From Coprothermobacterota bacterium (lineage in GTDB: Bacteria; Coprothermobacterota; HKB111): a stretch of DNA of 48,926 bases. Location: positions 1 to 48,926 of the forward strand of contig JBBIUB010000008.1 in the NCBI GenBank assembly GCA_037440465.1. Reading direction: 5' to 3'. A program made the position numbers and the translations under genes. Numbering within the stretch: the stretch's first letter is position 1; every line of letters begins with the position of its first letter. Positions 1-8,593 of the stretch are shown here, piece by piece. The notes beneath the pieces are model-generated. The model was given only the letters and a program-made list of their open reading frames with translations, made no database searches and was not told the origin of the DNA.

Positions 1-299
1 TCTGAATATTGCCCAATTGAGACCTGTCCCATTCATCTGAGAGCTTAACTGGTACTAACCTTCTTAGTCTATTTGTCTCTGCTTTTAATAAAGGCTCTAG
101 TCTCTGACCACAAGGATAATCAAAGATTCTCCAGAGTTCAACTAAAGTTACTTTGACCTAGCCATCATAATACTCTTTTCTTTTCTTCCTTAGTTTTGGT
201 TGGAGATCAGTTGGAGCTTTTTGTTTTTTCCTTTTTAGAGGCTTTAAGATATTCTTTTCTTAAAGCCTCCAGATATTGATTTCTTGAATACATATCCAT
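1..299 (-). pseudogene. Decayed, internally deleted transposase (ISNCY/integrase-like type), running off the window start
   Basis: Manual translation from ATG 299 (SD AGGAGG at 305-310) gives MDMYSRNQYLEALRKEYLKASKKEKT, then a frameshift, then DLQPKLRKKRKEYYDG*VKVTLVELWRIFDYPCGQRLEPLLKAETNRLRRLVPVKLSDEWDRSQLGNIQ. It has an in-frame stop, and the W-x-x-FDYPCGQRL block is one I recall from this transposase type. Confidence 0.75.
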
Positions 300-306
300 T
301 TCTCCC

Positions 307-415
307 TCCTTGGTCTTTTAAATTAATTAATTTTATCGACCAAGGAAATCATACTTAATTTCAGTTAGATATTAAATTGCAGAATCAGTGCCCTTTCGGT
401 TAGATTTTAGCATGT
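307..415 (-). mobile_element. Putative left end of the decayed IS: SD-occluding hairpin and repeated TTTC(A/G)GTTAGAT boxes
   Basis: TCCTTGGTC (307-315) pairs with GACCAAGGA (338-346) around the palindrome AAATTAATTAATTT. Direct repeats TTTCAGTTAGAT (359-370) and TTTCGGTTAGAT (394-405). Confidence 0.5.
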
Positions 416-428
416 TAAATACGACCCC

Positions 429-456
429 TTGACATTCATAAATTAAGTGCTATAAT
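429..456 (+). promoter_or_regulatory. Sigma70-type promoter for the cold-shock gene
   Basis: TTGACA (429-434), 16 bp spacer, TG-extended TATAAT (451-456). Confidence 0.75.
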
Positions 457-527
457 AATAAGTTGATTCTATGAATACCCATGGTATGAAGTAGAACAAT
501 AATATTGTTTGGAGGAAAGTTTTTTAA

Positions 528-728
528 ATGGCAAAAGGTAAAGTTAAGTGGTTTAACTCTCAAAAAGGTTTCGGTTTCATTGAGAAAGATGAGGGAGGGG
601 ATGTATTCGTCCATTTCTCCGCTATCGAAGGAGCTGGTTTTAAGTCTTTAGTTGAAGGCGACAGAGTAGAGCTTGAAGTTACTAACGGCCCAAAAGGCCC
701 TCAAGCTTCAAACGTAAGAAAGATCTAA
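528..728 (+). CDS. cspA: Cold-shock protein (CSD)
   Basis: GKVKWFN, RNP1 KGFGFI, RNP2 [22 protein letters not shown]. Confidence 0.97.
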   Translation: MAKGKVKWFNSQKGFGFIEKDEGGDVFVHFSAIEGAGFKSLVEGDRVELEVTNGPKGPQASNVRKI

Positions 729-753
729 GCTTAATATAAACCTTATTTGAAAG

Positions 754-786
754 AAAAAGACCTGTCACATGGCAGGTCTTTTTTTT
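754..786. terminator. Bidirectional intrinsic terminator between cspA and trpS
   Basis: AAAAAGACCTGTCA-CA-TGGCAGGTCTTTTTTTT stem with A and T tracts, between convergent genes. Confidence 0.85.
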
Positions 787-807
787 ATTTGTATGTAAAA
801 CATATAG

Positions 808-1818
808 TTAAAAGATTTTTAAGCCCATCTTTTCTTTTACAAGATTTACCGTTTCATTAGATACATCAACAGCTTTTCTGGTGCCTTCATACAATATTTC
901 TCGGACTTGAGATGGTTTTTCTTCATACTTTCCCCTTTTCTCCCTTATGGGGTCAAGCATTTGATTTATAACAGAAGCTAACCTATCTTTGCATGGCACA
1001 CAACCTATCTTTCCTCCTTCGCACTCCCTTCTGATAACTGAAAGATACTCCTCAGAAACAAATATTTTATAAAAATGGAAGGCTGTACATATATCAGGGT
1101 GTCCTAAGTCTGTGGAACGGATACGAGCAGGATCTGTAACCATGCGAAGTACACGAGTTTTTACTTCGTCAGAACTATGAGAAAGTGATATTTCATTATT
1201 TAAACTCTTGCTCATCTTACTATCTAACCCATCAACACCCGGTACACGCGGTACAACGCTTAAGATGGTTTGTGGTTCAGGTAAAGTCTCTCCATATAAG
1301 TAATTAAACCTTCGGGCAATTTCTCTCGTTAGTTCTATATGAGACAGTTGATCTTCTCCTACTGGAACAACATCTGCTCTGTAAGCCAGTATATCAGCAG
1401 ATTGAAGGACAGGATAACCAAGAAGTCCATAGGAATAGGCCTCTTCACTTCCAAACCGAGATTCACGGACTTTGTCTTTCAAGGTAGGTATCCTCTCAAG
1501 ACGGGGTACTGTAACTAACATGGAAAAGATAAGCTGAAGAAAGCTATGTGCGGGGACTTCGCTTTGAATAAAAAAAGTGGTCCTATTAGGATCCATCCCG
1601 ACAGAAATCCAGTCTATGGCTACATCAAAGATGTTGTTTTTTAACTCCAGACTGCGGTCATAGTCTGTTGTGAGCATATGGAGGTCGGCTATCATAAAAA
1701 AGCAGTCGTAATCTTCCTGGAGTTTTATCCGACTAACCAGGGAACCAAAGTAATTACCAAGATGCAGCCTTCCAGTAGGACGATCACCGGTAAGAAGACG
1801 TTTCTTAATAATAGTCAT
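808..1818 (-). CDS. trpS: Tryptophanyl-tRNA synthetase
   Basis: TGDRPTGRLHLGNY (HIGH motif), YPVLQSADIL, VPVGEDQ, KMSKS. Confidence 0.97.
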   Translation of the reverse strand: MTIIKKRLLTGDRPTGRLHLGNYFGSLVSRIKLQEDYDCFFMIADLHMLTTDYDRSLELKNNIFDVAIDWISVGMDPNRTTFFIQSEVPAHSFLQLIFSMLVTVPRLERIPTLKDKVRESRFGSEEAYSYGLLGYPVLQSADILAYRADVVPVGEDQLSHIELTREIARRFNYLYGETLPEPQTILSVVPRVPGVDGLDSKMSKSLNNEISLSHSSDEVKTRVLRMVTDPARIRSTDLGHPDICTAFHFYKIFVSEEYLSVIRRECEGGKIGCVPCKDRLASVINQMLDPIREKRGKYEEKPSQVREILYEGTRKAVDVSNETVNLVKEKMGLKIF

Positions 1819-1821
1819 GCT

Positions 1822-2625
1822 TTATTTATTCTCACCCTGTGTTAGATATCTACCTAATAAATCTCCACATTCCTGGGGATTAACCAGATATCTGAATTTA
1901 GTGGGATTTTTAATGAAGGATGTATAAAGAGGAAGCTCTGAAGAAATACATAAGTCTCTTGATGTTCCTGGTTTTAACTCTCTAATTGGTGAGACAGTAC
2001 CATATCTTGAATTAGGTTGGAAAACCAGTTCTCTCTCTTTAGAAACTAAATGATATATTGCACCTCTTTTCTCTATGTACTCTCTATGGTCAGAGGTTGC
2101 AGAAGTTGCCATAAGGTTACTGGTAACCAGGATAGTATTCCCCGTGTTTATTGTTACATGTCCATAATCGGGAGGAACCAGGAGTTTATCTCCGGGTTTG
2201 GCTCTCATAAATACTACCTCAGTTATAGTCGTGCCATTTCGCTTCTGGAGGAGGAAAACTGCTTCTCCTAAAAGAACTTCATAAATTTCGGGGAAGGTAT
2301 AAGGAGAAAATTCTGCTCTGGAATGATAATGACCTAAGGTCTTAGTGAATTCTTTACCCAGAAGGCCGGGGAAGATTACTGTAATATCATACCTTAATCC
2401 ATTATCTTTAAAAATTTGACAATCATTACTCAGGTGAATATTTCTATACATATAATATGCAATTTTAGAATGTTCCAGGTTATTGCTTTCAAGTAAAACA
2501 GGTAACAGGTCTTCAAACTTACGTAAAGCTGGATTAGCAAGGTATATACCTTCTTTTTCCGCCTTAAGAAAACCTTCTTCGCTTAGAGTAAGGGGTAATC
2601 CAGATATCTTTCCTAAATCTACCAT
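1822..2625 (-). CDS. Cupin (archaeal-type) glucose-6-phosphate isomerase family protein
   Basis: LRYDITVI, EFTKTLGHYH, PEIYEVLLGEA, VPPDYGHVTIN cupin metal motifs. Confidence 0.85.
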   Translation of the reverse strand: MVDLGKISGLPLTLSEEGFLKAEKEGIYLANPALRKFEDLLPVLLESNNLEHSKIAYYMYRNIHLSNDCQIFKDNGLRYDITVIFPGLLGKEFTKTLGHYHSRAEFSPYTFPEIYEVLLGEAVFLLQKRNGTTITEVVFMRAKPGDKLLVPPDYGHVTINTGNTILVTSNLMATSATSDHREYIEKRGAIYHLVSKERELVFQPNSRYGTVSPIRELKPGTSRDLCISSELPLYTSFIKNPTKFRYLVNPQECGDLLGRYLTQGENK

Positions 2626-2747
2626 TATTATTACTTTTCCTCCTAATACTCTTTTAAGTTCACTTCACTCGTGTCAATTAATCTCCTATAAGTATAAGCC
2701 AAGAAAGGAAAAAAAGCAATACGAAGTATAAAAAAGTTAATTTGTGG

Positions 2748-2776
2748 TAAAATATCACCATAAAGGTAGTATTTTA
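2748..2776 (+). promoter_or_regulatory. Inverted-repeat operator overlapping the extended -10 of rrf2 (probable autoregulation)
   Basis: TAAAATATCACC-ATAAA-GGTAGTATTTTA; TGG-TAAAAT extended -10 at its left edge. Confidence 0.6.
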
Positions 2777-2778
2777 TT

Positions 2779-3213
2779 ATGCTCTCAACAAGAAGTCAGT
2801 ACGGTTTAAGATTGATAATAGCTTTAGCCCGTAGGGGAAATGATAGCAAACCTATTCCCCTCTCTCAGATTTCTAAGGAAGAGGGTATCTCTACCCGATA
2901 TCTCCAAAAAATATCCCAGACACTTGTAATAAATGGATATATTAAACCCGTCAGGGGACTGAGGGGAGGCTTTGTACTGACGAAAGTACCTTCAGAAATC
3001 AACCTTTATGAGCTTGTAAAAGTCCTCGAAGGAGAAATATTAAGCCCAACTTGTATTGAAGAAAAAATTAGCTGTCCTAAAACATCTTCTTGCTTAGCTA
3101 AGAAGATGTGGGTAGAAGCATCAGATGAGCTAAAAAAAGGTTGGAGCCAGTTAACAATAAAAAACCTGCTTGAGAAAGGAGAAGATATAAGTGGAAAAAA
3201 GAATTTATTTTGA
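2779..3213 (+). CDS. Rrf2 family (IscR/CymR-like) transcriptional regulator
   Basis: LSTRSQYGLR, IS..EGISTRYL, VRGLRGGFVL, three Cys (C-x6-C-x5-C); upstream of iscS and iscU. Confidence 0.92.
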   Translation: MLSTRSQYGLRLIIALARRGNDSKPIPLSQISKEEGISTRYLQKISQTLVINGYIKPVRGLRGGFVLTKVPSEINLYELVKVLEGEILSPTCIEEKISCPKTSSCLAKKMWVEASDELKKGWSQLTIKNLLEKGEDISGKKNLF

Positions 3214-4372
3214 TAGTTGCAAAAGCGCTCCGGTTCATCCGGAAGTTGTTAAAACCATGGAAACTTATTTCCTGGGTAAACCCTGGGTTCCTGCTCCTTT
3301 TACCTCAAGTGGTATAGAAGCAGCCAGTTTATTGGAAGAGACCCAGAAGATAATTATAAAAGCCCTTGATGGAGAAGAAAATGCCCAGATTGTTTTTACC
3401 TCTGGAGGTACTGAATCCAACAACATGGCTATCAGGGGAGTTTTGGGTAATGGAGATACTACACTTAACCACCTAATAGCAGTAAATATAGATCATCCAT
3501 CCATTCTGGCTGTCCATGATGCCCTGGGAAGAGAAGGTTTTGAAACAACATACTTACCTGTTGATAGTGATGGTTTTATTAACCTTGACGCACTGAAATC
3601 TTCCCTTGGACCTAGAACTGCCCTGGTAAGCCTCTCTCATGCTAATCACATGGTTGGAACCATACAACCCATCAAGGAAATCGTAAAAATAGTAAGGGAG
3701 AGCTCTAAGGCGAATATTTTAATTGATGCTTGCGAAACTTTCACTAAAATTCCCTTATCAGTATCTGATTGGGGGGTAGACCTGGTCTCCATTACAGGTC
3801 ATAAAATACAGGGGCCACCCGGTATAGGCTCACTTTATATAAGGAAAGGAATTAAACTAAATCCTCTAATGTATGGCTCAACTACCTACTCAGAACTTAG
3901 ACCTGGTGCACCAAACATGCCTGGTATTGCAGGCCTAAAGAAATCTGTAGAGATTGCCACTGAATATTTTCAGGAACGATTTAGCTATATAAAAAACCTG
4001 AATGAGCGTCTAATACGCGGTATAGAAGAGAATATACCTCATGTCTATATTAATGGGGTAAAGGGAGATAAAAGGAACCCTTATAACATCAACTTCACCT
4101 TCCGTTTCGTAGAAGGGGAATCTATTCTTATGTTCTTAGATCTCTATGGAATTGTTGCTTCATCTACTTCTTCTTGTCTATCTAAAACACTTGAACCTGA
4201 TTATGTATTACTGGGCTTAGGACGAAGTAGGGAAGATGCCAACAGCGCTGTAAGATTTACCCTTTCTCCTTCAAGTACCATAGAAGAAATAGACCATCTA
4301 ATAAGTGTTCTACCCGGAATCATCTCTACTTTAAGAGAAAGAAGTCCGTTAAAACCACCACAGGAGGTATAA
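3191..4372 (+). CDS. iscS: Cysteine desulfurase family protein (divergent IscS/NifS)
   Basis: FTSGGTESNN, GHK PLP lysine, SSTSSC catalytic Cys loop, AVRFTL. Confidence 0.88.
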   Translation: MEKRIYFDSCKSAPVHPEVVKTMETYFLGKPWVPAPFTSSGIEAASLLEETQKIIIKALDGEENAQIVFTSGGTESNNMAIRGVLGNGDTTLNHLIAVNIDHPSILAVHDALGREGFETTYLPVDSDGFINLDALKSSLGPRTALVSLSHANHMVGTIQPIKEIVKIVRESSKANILIDACETFTKIPLSVSDWGVDLVSITGHKIQGPPGIGSLYIRKGIKLNPLMYGSTTYSELRPGAPNMPGIAGLKKSVEIATEYFQERFSYIKNLNERLIRGIEENIPHVYINGVKGDKRNPYNINFTFRFVEGESILMFLDLYGIVASSTSSCLSKTLEPDYVLLGLGRSREDANSAVRFTLSPSSTIEEIDHLISVLPGIISTLRERSPLKPPQEV

Positions 4373-4407
4373 ATAAAGATATGGGGAACATCTCCAAATT
4401 AGTAGCT

Positions 4408-4507
4408 GAATTGAAAGGATTCAAGGAGTCAAGGGTTCAAGTGAAATGATGAATAATCCTCGAACCCTGGAACCCTGCCTATCAAATAAAAGGGAGAAGA
4501 ACCAGAT
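4408..4507 (+). repeat. ~100-bp dispersed repeat with 8-bp GGATTCAA-type units (family C, copy 1)
   Basis: About 90% identical by manual alignment to the reverse complement of 7431-7529; ends AAGGGAGAAGAACCAGAT directly before the iscU ATG. Confidence 0.9.
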
Positions 4508-4897
4508 ATGGTAATACAGTACACTTCTAAAGTTATTGAACATTTTAAAAATCCTCATAATATCGGAAAGATAGAAGATGCCGATGCCTATGCGGTAGAA
4601 GGCGGTCCAGCTTGTGGAGACCAGATAGCCATGTATCTTAAGATAGACCGGGATACTAAGGTTATTACAGATATCAAATTTGAATCATTCGGTTGTGCTG
4701 CCAATGTAGCCACTGCCTCTATTGTAACAGACATGGCAAAGGGTAAAACCATAGAAGAAGCCATGAAAACTACCTGGAAGCGGGTAGCAGAAGAGCTGGG
4801 AGGTCTCCCTCCTATAAAGATGCACTGCTCAATAATGGCTGTGGATGCCCTTAAAAATGCCCTTAAAAACTATCTCAACAAAGCTAAAGAAAAATAA
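4508..4897 (+). CDS. iscU: Fe-S cluster scaffold protein IscU/NifU-N
   Basis: YTSKVIEHFKNPHNIG, ACGD, FESFGCA, LPPIKMHCS. Confidence 0.95.
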   Translation: MVIQYTSKVIEHFKNPHNIGKIEDADAYAVEGGPACGDQIAMYLKIDRDTKVITDIKFESFGCAANVATASIVTDMAKGKTIEEAMKTTWKRVAEELGGLPPIKMHCSIMAVDALKNALKNYLNKAKEK

Positions 4898-4940
4898 CCT
4901 GGGTTCAACACAAACATAATAATTTGATAGAATAATACCT

Positions 4941-5801
4941 ATGAGCAAATTCACAGCAATAATAGGGTTATTCATCTTAACAGCTATCTGGGGCACAACT
5001 TTTACTTTTAGTAAAATAGCTCTTCAGCACTTAGATCCAGCAACCCTTCTAATGCTTCGTTATGGCTTAGCTACAAGTATTATTTTTATATACTATCTTC
5101 TTTTTCATCCTAAGGAGAATCTGAAAACTGCTCTATTAAGAGGTGGAGCTATGGGTCTTTTGAATTTTGTGGCTTTAAGAGCTCAAACTATAGGTCTTCT
5201 CTATACAACTGCTACAAATTCTGCTTTTATCACAGCTTTTTCAGTCCTGCTGGTTCCAATAGTGGAAATATTAGTATTCAAAAAAAGACTTAAAACTTCT
5301 CTTCTTATTGTTATGGGCCTGGGTTTTACCGGGCTTTATCTTCTGATTTTCCCACAGGGTTGGAAGTTTACTCCTAACATAGGTGACTTGATTACTTTAG
5401 TAAGCGCTATGGCATATGCTTTTCAGATTTCCTTACTACCAAGGTTCAGTCGTGGTTATTCTACAGTTGAGATAACCCTGGGCTTTCTTATTTTTTCAAC
5501 CTGGCCAAACCTCTGGGGGTTTAGTATTCCTTCTTACCAGAACTTACTACCTTCACTAATTCCGATTCTTTACCTGGCTATTCTGGCAACTGTTGTCACT
5601 ATCTTACTTCAAGTACATTGTCAGAAGGTGGTAAGTCCTATCACAGCAGGTTTTATTTACCTGCTGGAACCTGTATTTGGTTTTTCCTTTGCAGCTTTGG
5701 TATTAAAAGAGGGATTAACTCTAATCCCAGCCATAGGCGCACTGATAATTATTCTTTCAACAGTAATAGTAAATTATGAAGAGTTAAAAAGCCTGAGGTG
5801 A
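4941..5801 (+). CDS. EamA/DMT family transporter
   Basis: IWGTTF, GLLYTTA..SAFIT, GDLITL, LEPVF; about 10 hydrophobic segments. Confidence 0.9.
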   Translation: MSKFTAIIGLFILTAIWGTTFTFSKIALQHLDPATLLMLRYGLATSIIFIYYLLFHPKENLKTALLRGGAMGLLNFVALRAQTIGLLYTTATNSAFITAFSVLLVPIVEILVFKKRLKTSLLIVMGLGFTGLYLLIFPQGWKFTPNIGDLITLVSAMAYAFQISLLPRFSRGYSTVEITLGFLIFSTWPNLWGFSIPSYQNLLPSLIPILYLAILATVVTILLQVHCQKVVSPITAGFIYLLEPVFGFSFAALVLKEGLTLIPAIGALIIILSTVIVNYEELKSLR

Positions 5802-5808
5802 TAATTAT

Positions 5809-6957
5809 CTACGAACCTACTTTAGAATAAACTATCTTTCCCCCTACTATTGTAAAAAGAACCTCCAACTCTTTAGATAGAATTACTAAATCGGCTCTCT
5901 TCCCTATCTCTATTCTTCCTCTGGTAGTATCTCCAATAATAGAAGCAGGAGTTGTGGAAGCCACCGTAAATGCATCAAATAAGCTGGCACCGGTAAATTT
6001 AATAAAGTTTTTGATTGCTTTAGATAAACCTGTAACACTTCCCGCTAAAGTCTTACTCCCGGAAAGTTTACTTGAAGTCTCATCTACAACTAATTCATAA
6101 GCACCCAGCTTATATGTGCCTGGTGACATGCCAGCACCTGAGGTAGCATCAGAAATAAGATACATTCCATCTCTACCTTTCAGTCTGAATATGGCATCCA
6201 CAGCACTTAAATGCAGGTGTTCTCCATCTGCTATCACTGAAGCTTTCAAGCGCGAGCTGGAAAAACAAAGACCAACAAGCCCCGGTTCACGATGGTGATA
6301 TGGACGCATGGCATTAAAGATATGCGTTAATGATGCTGGTCCTAATGATAAAGCCAATCTGCCTTCTTCCAATGTTGCTCCACTATGACCAAAACCCACC
6401 GATATACCTCTGTGATGTAAAAATTCAATCAAGTCCAGAGCACCGTCAGTTTCAGGTGCCACTGTCATAAATTTAACTACTTTATTTTCCAGTACTTCTT
6501 TGAGACTACGAATGTGTGTTCCATTGCAGAAGTAACGTGCATCCATAGCTCCATGATACTCCCGGTTTAAAAGAGGACCTTCCATGTTAATACCCAGAGG
6601 AATAGCTCCTTTGGCTTCTAAAGAAAGAGTAGAGAAATTATTAACTACTGAAAACATAGCTTCTCTTTCAAATGATAGAAGTGTTGGAAGAAAGGCTGTA
6701 ACTCCTGATAAGGCTTCAAACTCTGAAACTGCCTTAAAAGCCTCTTTTGTGCCTTCAATAACATCATGTTTTAAGGCACCATGAATATGAAGGTCAATAA
6801 AACCTGGAGCTATTATGCAGTCTTTTCCACCACAGAAAGTATTCTTAGACACCAGACTACGAGTGCTTACACTTGTTATGACACCATCTTCAACTATTAC
6901 CTGGCCCAAACCCAATGGCTCGGGTGCATAAATCTGACCGTAAAAAATGTCTCCCAT
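5809..6957 (-). CDS. nagA: N-acetylglucosamine-6-phosphate deacetylase
   Basis: PGFIDLHIHG, EGP, THIFNAM, IADGEH, ISDA, LAGS. Confidence 0.93.
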   Translation of the reverse strand: MGDIFYGQIYAPEPLGLGQVIVEDGVITSVSTRSLVSKNTFCGGKDCIIAPGFIDLHIHGALKHDVIEGTKEAFKAVSEFEALSGVTAFLPTLLSFEREAMFSVVNNFSTLSLEAKGAIPLGINMEGPLLNREYHGAMDARYFCNGTHIRSLKEVLENKVVKFMTVAPETDGALDLIEFLHHRGISVGFGHSGATLEEGRLALSLGPASLTHIFNAMRPYHHREPGLVGLCFSSSRLKASVIADGEHLHLSAVDAIFRLKGRDGMYLISDATSGAGMSPGTYKLGAYELVVDETSSKLSGSKTLAGSVTGLSKAIKNFIKFTGASLFDAFTVASTTPASIIGDTTRGRIEIGKRADLVILSKELEVLFTIVGGKIVYSKVGS

Positions 6958-6972
6958 TATTTTAACCTCCTG

Positions 6973-7392
6973 CTATAAATAACTAAGTGCTATTCTTAAA
7001 AGAATAGTAAAAACTCCCAGGCAAAAGATAAAACGAGCAACTAAACTATTAGCATCTGCCAGAGTTATTTCCATAACTAACAAGTTTGCTAAAAACTTTC
7101 TGGTAGAAAGTGAAACAAGCCACCAGATAAAAGAATAGCCAAAATAAAGAAGAGGTACCCAGGGAAGGGTTACTATCTCTTCCATACCCTTTTCCTGAAA
7201 GAGGATGTAGATCAAGACTACATAAAGAATGACCCCCATGTAGAAGAAGCTGCCTTCGCGCTTGATTTTATTCTTATATAGTTCATATGATACTTTGAAG
7301 AATTGGTATCCGGTAAAAACAGTTGTAAATATTGCCAATGGAGTTGCCAGCCTACTCAAGCCTCTATATAGAGTTTCCAGTATTTCTATCAT
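6973..7392 (-). CDS. Hypothetical membrane protein (~4 TM)
   Basis: 139 aa, four hydrophobic stretches, SD AGGAG; co-oriented with the operon. Confidence 0.7.
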   Translation of the reverse strand: MIEILETLYRGLSRLATPLAIFTTVFTGYQFFKVSYELYKNKIKREGSFFYMGVILYVVLIYILFQEKGMEEIVTLPWVPLLYFGYSFIWWLVSLSTRKFLANLLVMEITLADANSLVARFIFCLGVFTILLRIALSYL

Positions 7393-7430
7393 ATTTCACT
7401 CCTGCTTTCTCTTTTCCCTTTCATTATAAA

Positions 7431-7529
7431 ATATGGTCCTTCTCCCATTTAGTTGATAGGTAAGGTTACAGGGTTCGAGGATTATTCATCATTTCACTTG
7501 AACCATTGACTCCTTGAATCCTTCAATTC
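7431..7529 (-). repeat. Family C dispersed repeat, copy 2 (inverted relative to 4408-4507)
   Basis: Reverse complement begins GAATTGAAGGATTCAAGGAGTCAATGGTTCAAGTGAAATGATGAATAATCCTCGAACCCTG and ends TAAATGGGAGAAGGACC. Confidence 0.9.
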
Positions 7530-7594
7530 TTTGTAGTTTTTTATCATTTCAATCGTCATATGTAACTTGGTACAGCTTTCAAACCCTTGAATCA

Positions 7595-8593
7595 TTACAA
7601 TCTGCCTTCGCTGGAAGGATAAATTATTTTTTCCTCCGTCACAATGGCTGTTATCAACTGATGGGGTGTTACATCAAAAGCATAATTCACTGCTCTTGAA
7701 TCAGATGGTGCTACTGGATTACCATTAAAATACAAAACTTCACTTTCATCTCTTTCTTCAATTATAATATCATTCCCTTCTCTGATAGATGGATCAAAGG
7801 TAACAGAAGGTGCAACAACAATAAAAGGAATGCCATTATAGGCTGCAGATACAGCCAGTGAGTAAGTACCAATCTTGTTTGCCACATCCCCTTTCATACT
7901 GATTCGGTCTGCTCCCACGATTACTATATCTACCAGGCCTTTACTCATAAGATAAGGAGCAGAACTGTCCACTATAACCCGATAGGGAATACTCTCTTTT
8001 TTGAGCTCATAACTCGTAAGTCGGGAACCCTGAAGAAGAGGTCGTGTTTCATTAATATAGACCACTTCTACCAGTCCTCGTTTATACCCTTCCTTTATCA
8101 CACCTAAGGCTGTACCTTCTCCCATAACCGCCAGGCTTCCACTGTTACAATGCGTAAGAACCCGACTTCTTGGTTTTAGTAAAGTAAAAGCCTGGGCTAT
8201 CATTCTTGAAGAAATTATATATCCTTCCGTAGCAATCTTTTCAACCACCTCAAAAATATCACTCACTTGGAGGTCTCTATAGTTTATAATAACATCCAGT
8301 ACTTCTTTAGCCCGTAGCGCTAACTCTCGGGCTGTGGGTCGGGCTGAAGAGATAATATTGAAAGCTTCCATTACTCCGGCATCTAAATCTGTTTTTCCCT
8401 TGTACTCCAGATAAGCCAGATAGATAGACATTGCACCTACTACACCAAGAATAGGTGCACCTCTAACTTTCATATCCTTTATGGCTTTAACTACTTCCCT
8501 ATAATCTCTGAAAACCAGCCATTCTTCTTTATGGGGTAAGGAAGTCTGGTCCAGTAGTTCCAAACAGTCTCTATTTAACCTGATGACTTCCAT
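7595..8593 (-). CDS. mtnA: S-methyl-5-thioribose-1-phosphate isomerase
   Basis: LLDQTSLP, MKVRGAP, SARPTA, LTHCNSG, ETRPLLQGSRLT, ANKIGTY, AFDVTP. Confidence 0.95.
   Translation of the reverse strand: MEVIRLNRDCLELLDQTSLPHKEEWLVFRDYREVVKAIKDMKVRGAPILGVVGAMSIYLAYLEYKGKTDLDAGVMEAFNIISSARPTARELALRAKEVLDVIINYRDLQVSDIFEVVEKIATEGYIISSRMIAQAFTLLKPRSRVLTHCNSGSLAVMGEGTALGVIKEGYKRGLVEVVYINETRPLLQGSRLTSYELKKESIPYRVIVDSSAPYLMSKGLVDIVIVGADRISMKGDVANKIGTYSLAVSAAYNGIPFIVVAPSVTFDPSIREGNDIIIEERDESEVLYFNGNPVAPSDSRAVNYAFDVTPHQLITAIVTEEKIIYPSSEGRL

Noticed and set aside
417..428. GGGGTCGTATTT as a Tn3-like inverted repeat
   Set aside because: No 38-bp IR partner or Tn3 genes; CCCC before TTGACA also occurs at other promoters here.
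1819..2778. T-box leader for trpS
   Set aside because: trpS starts 3 bp after the PGI gene, and no T-box motif is visible upstream of PGI.
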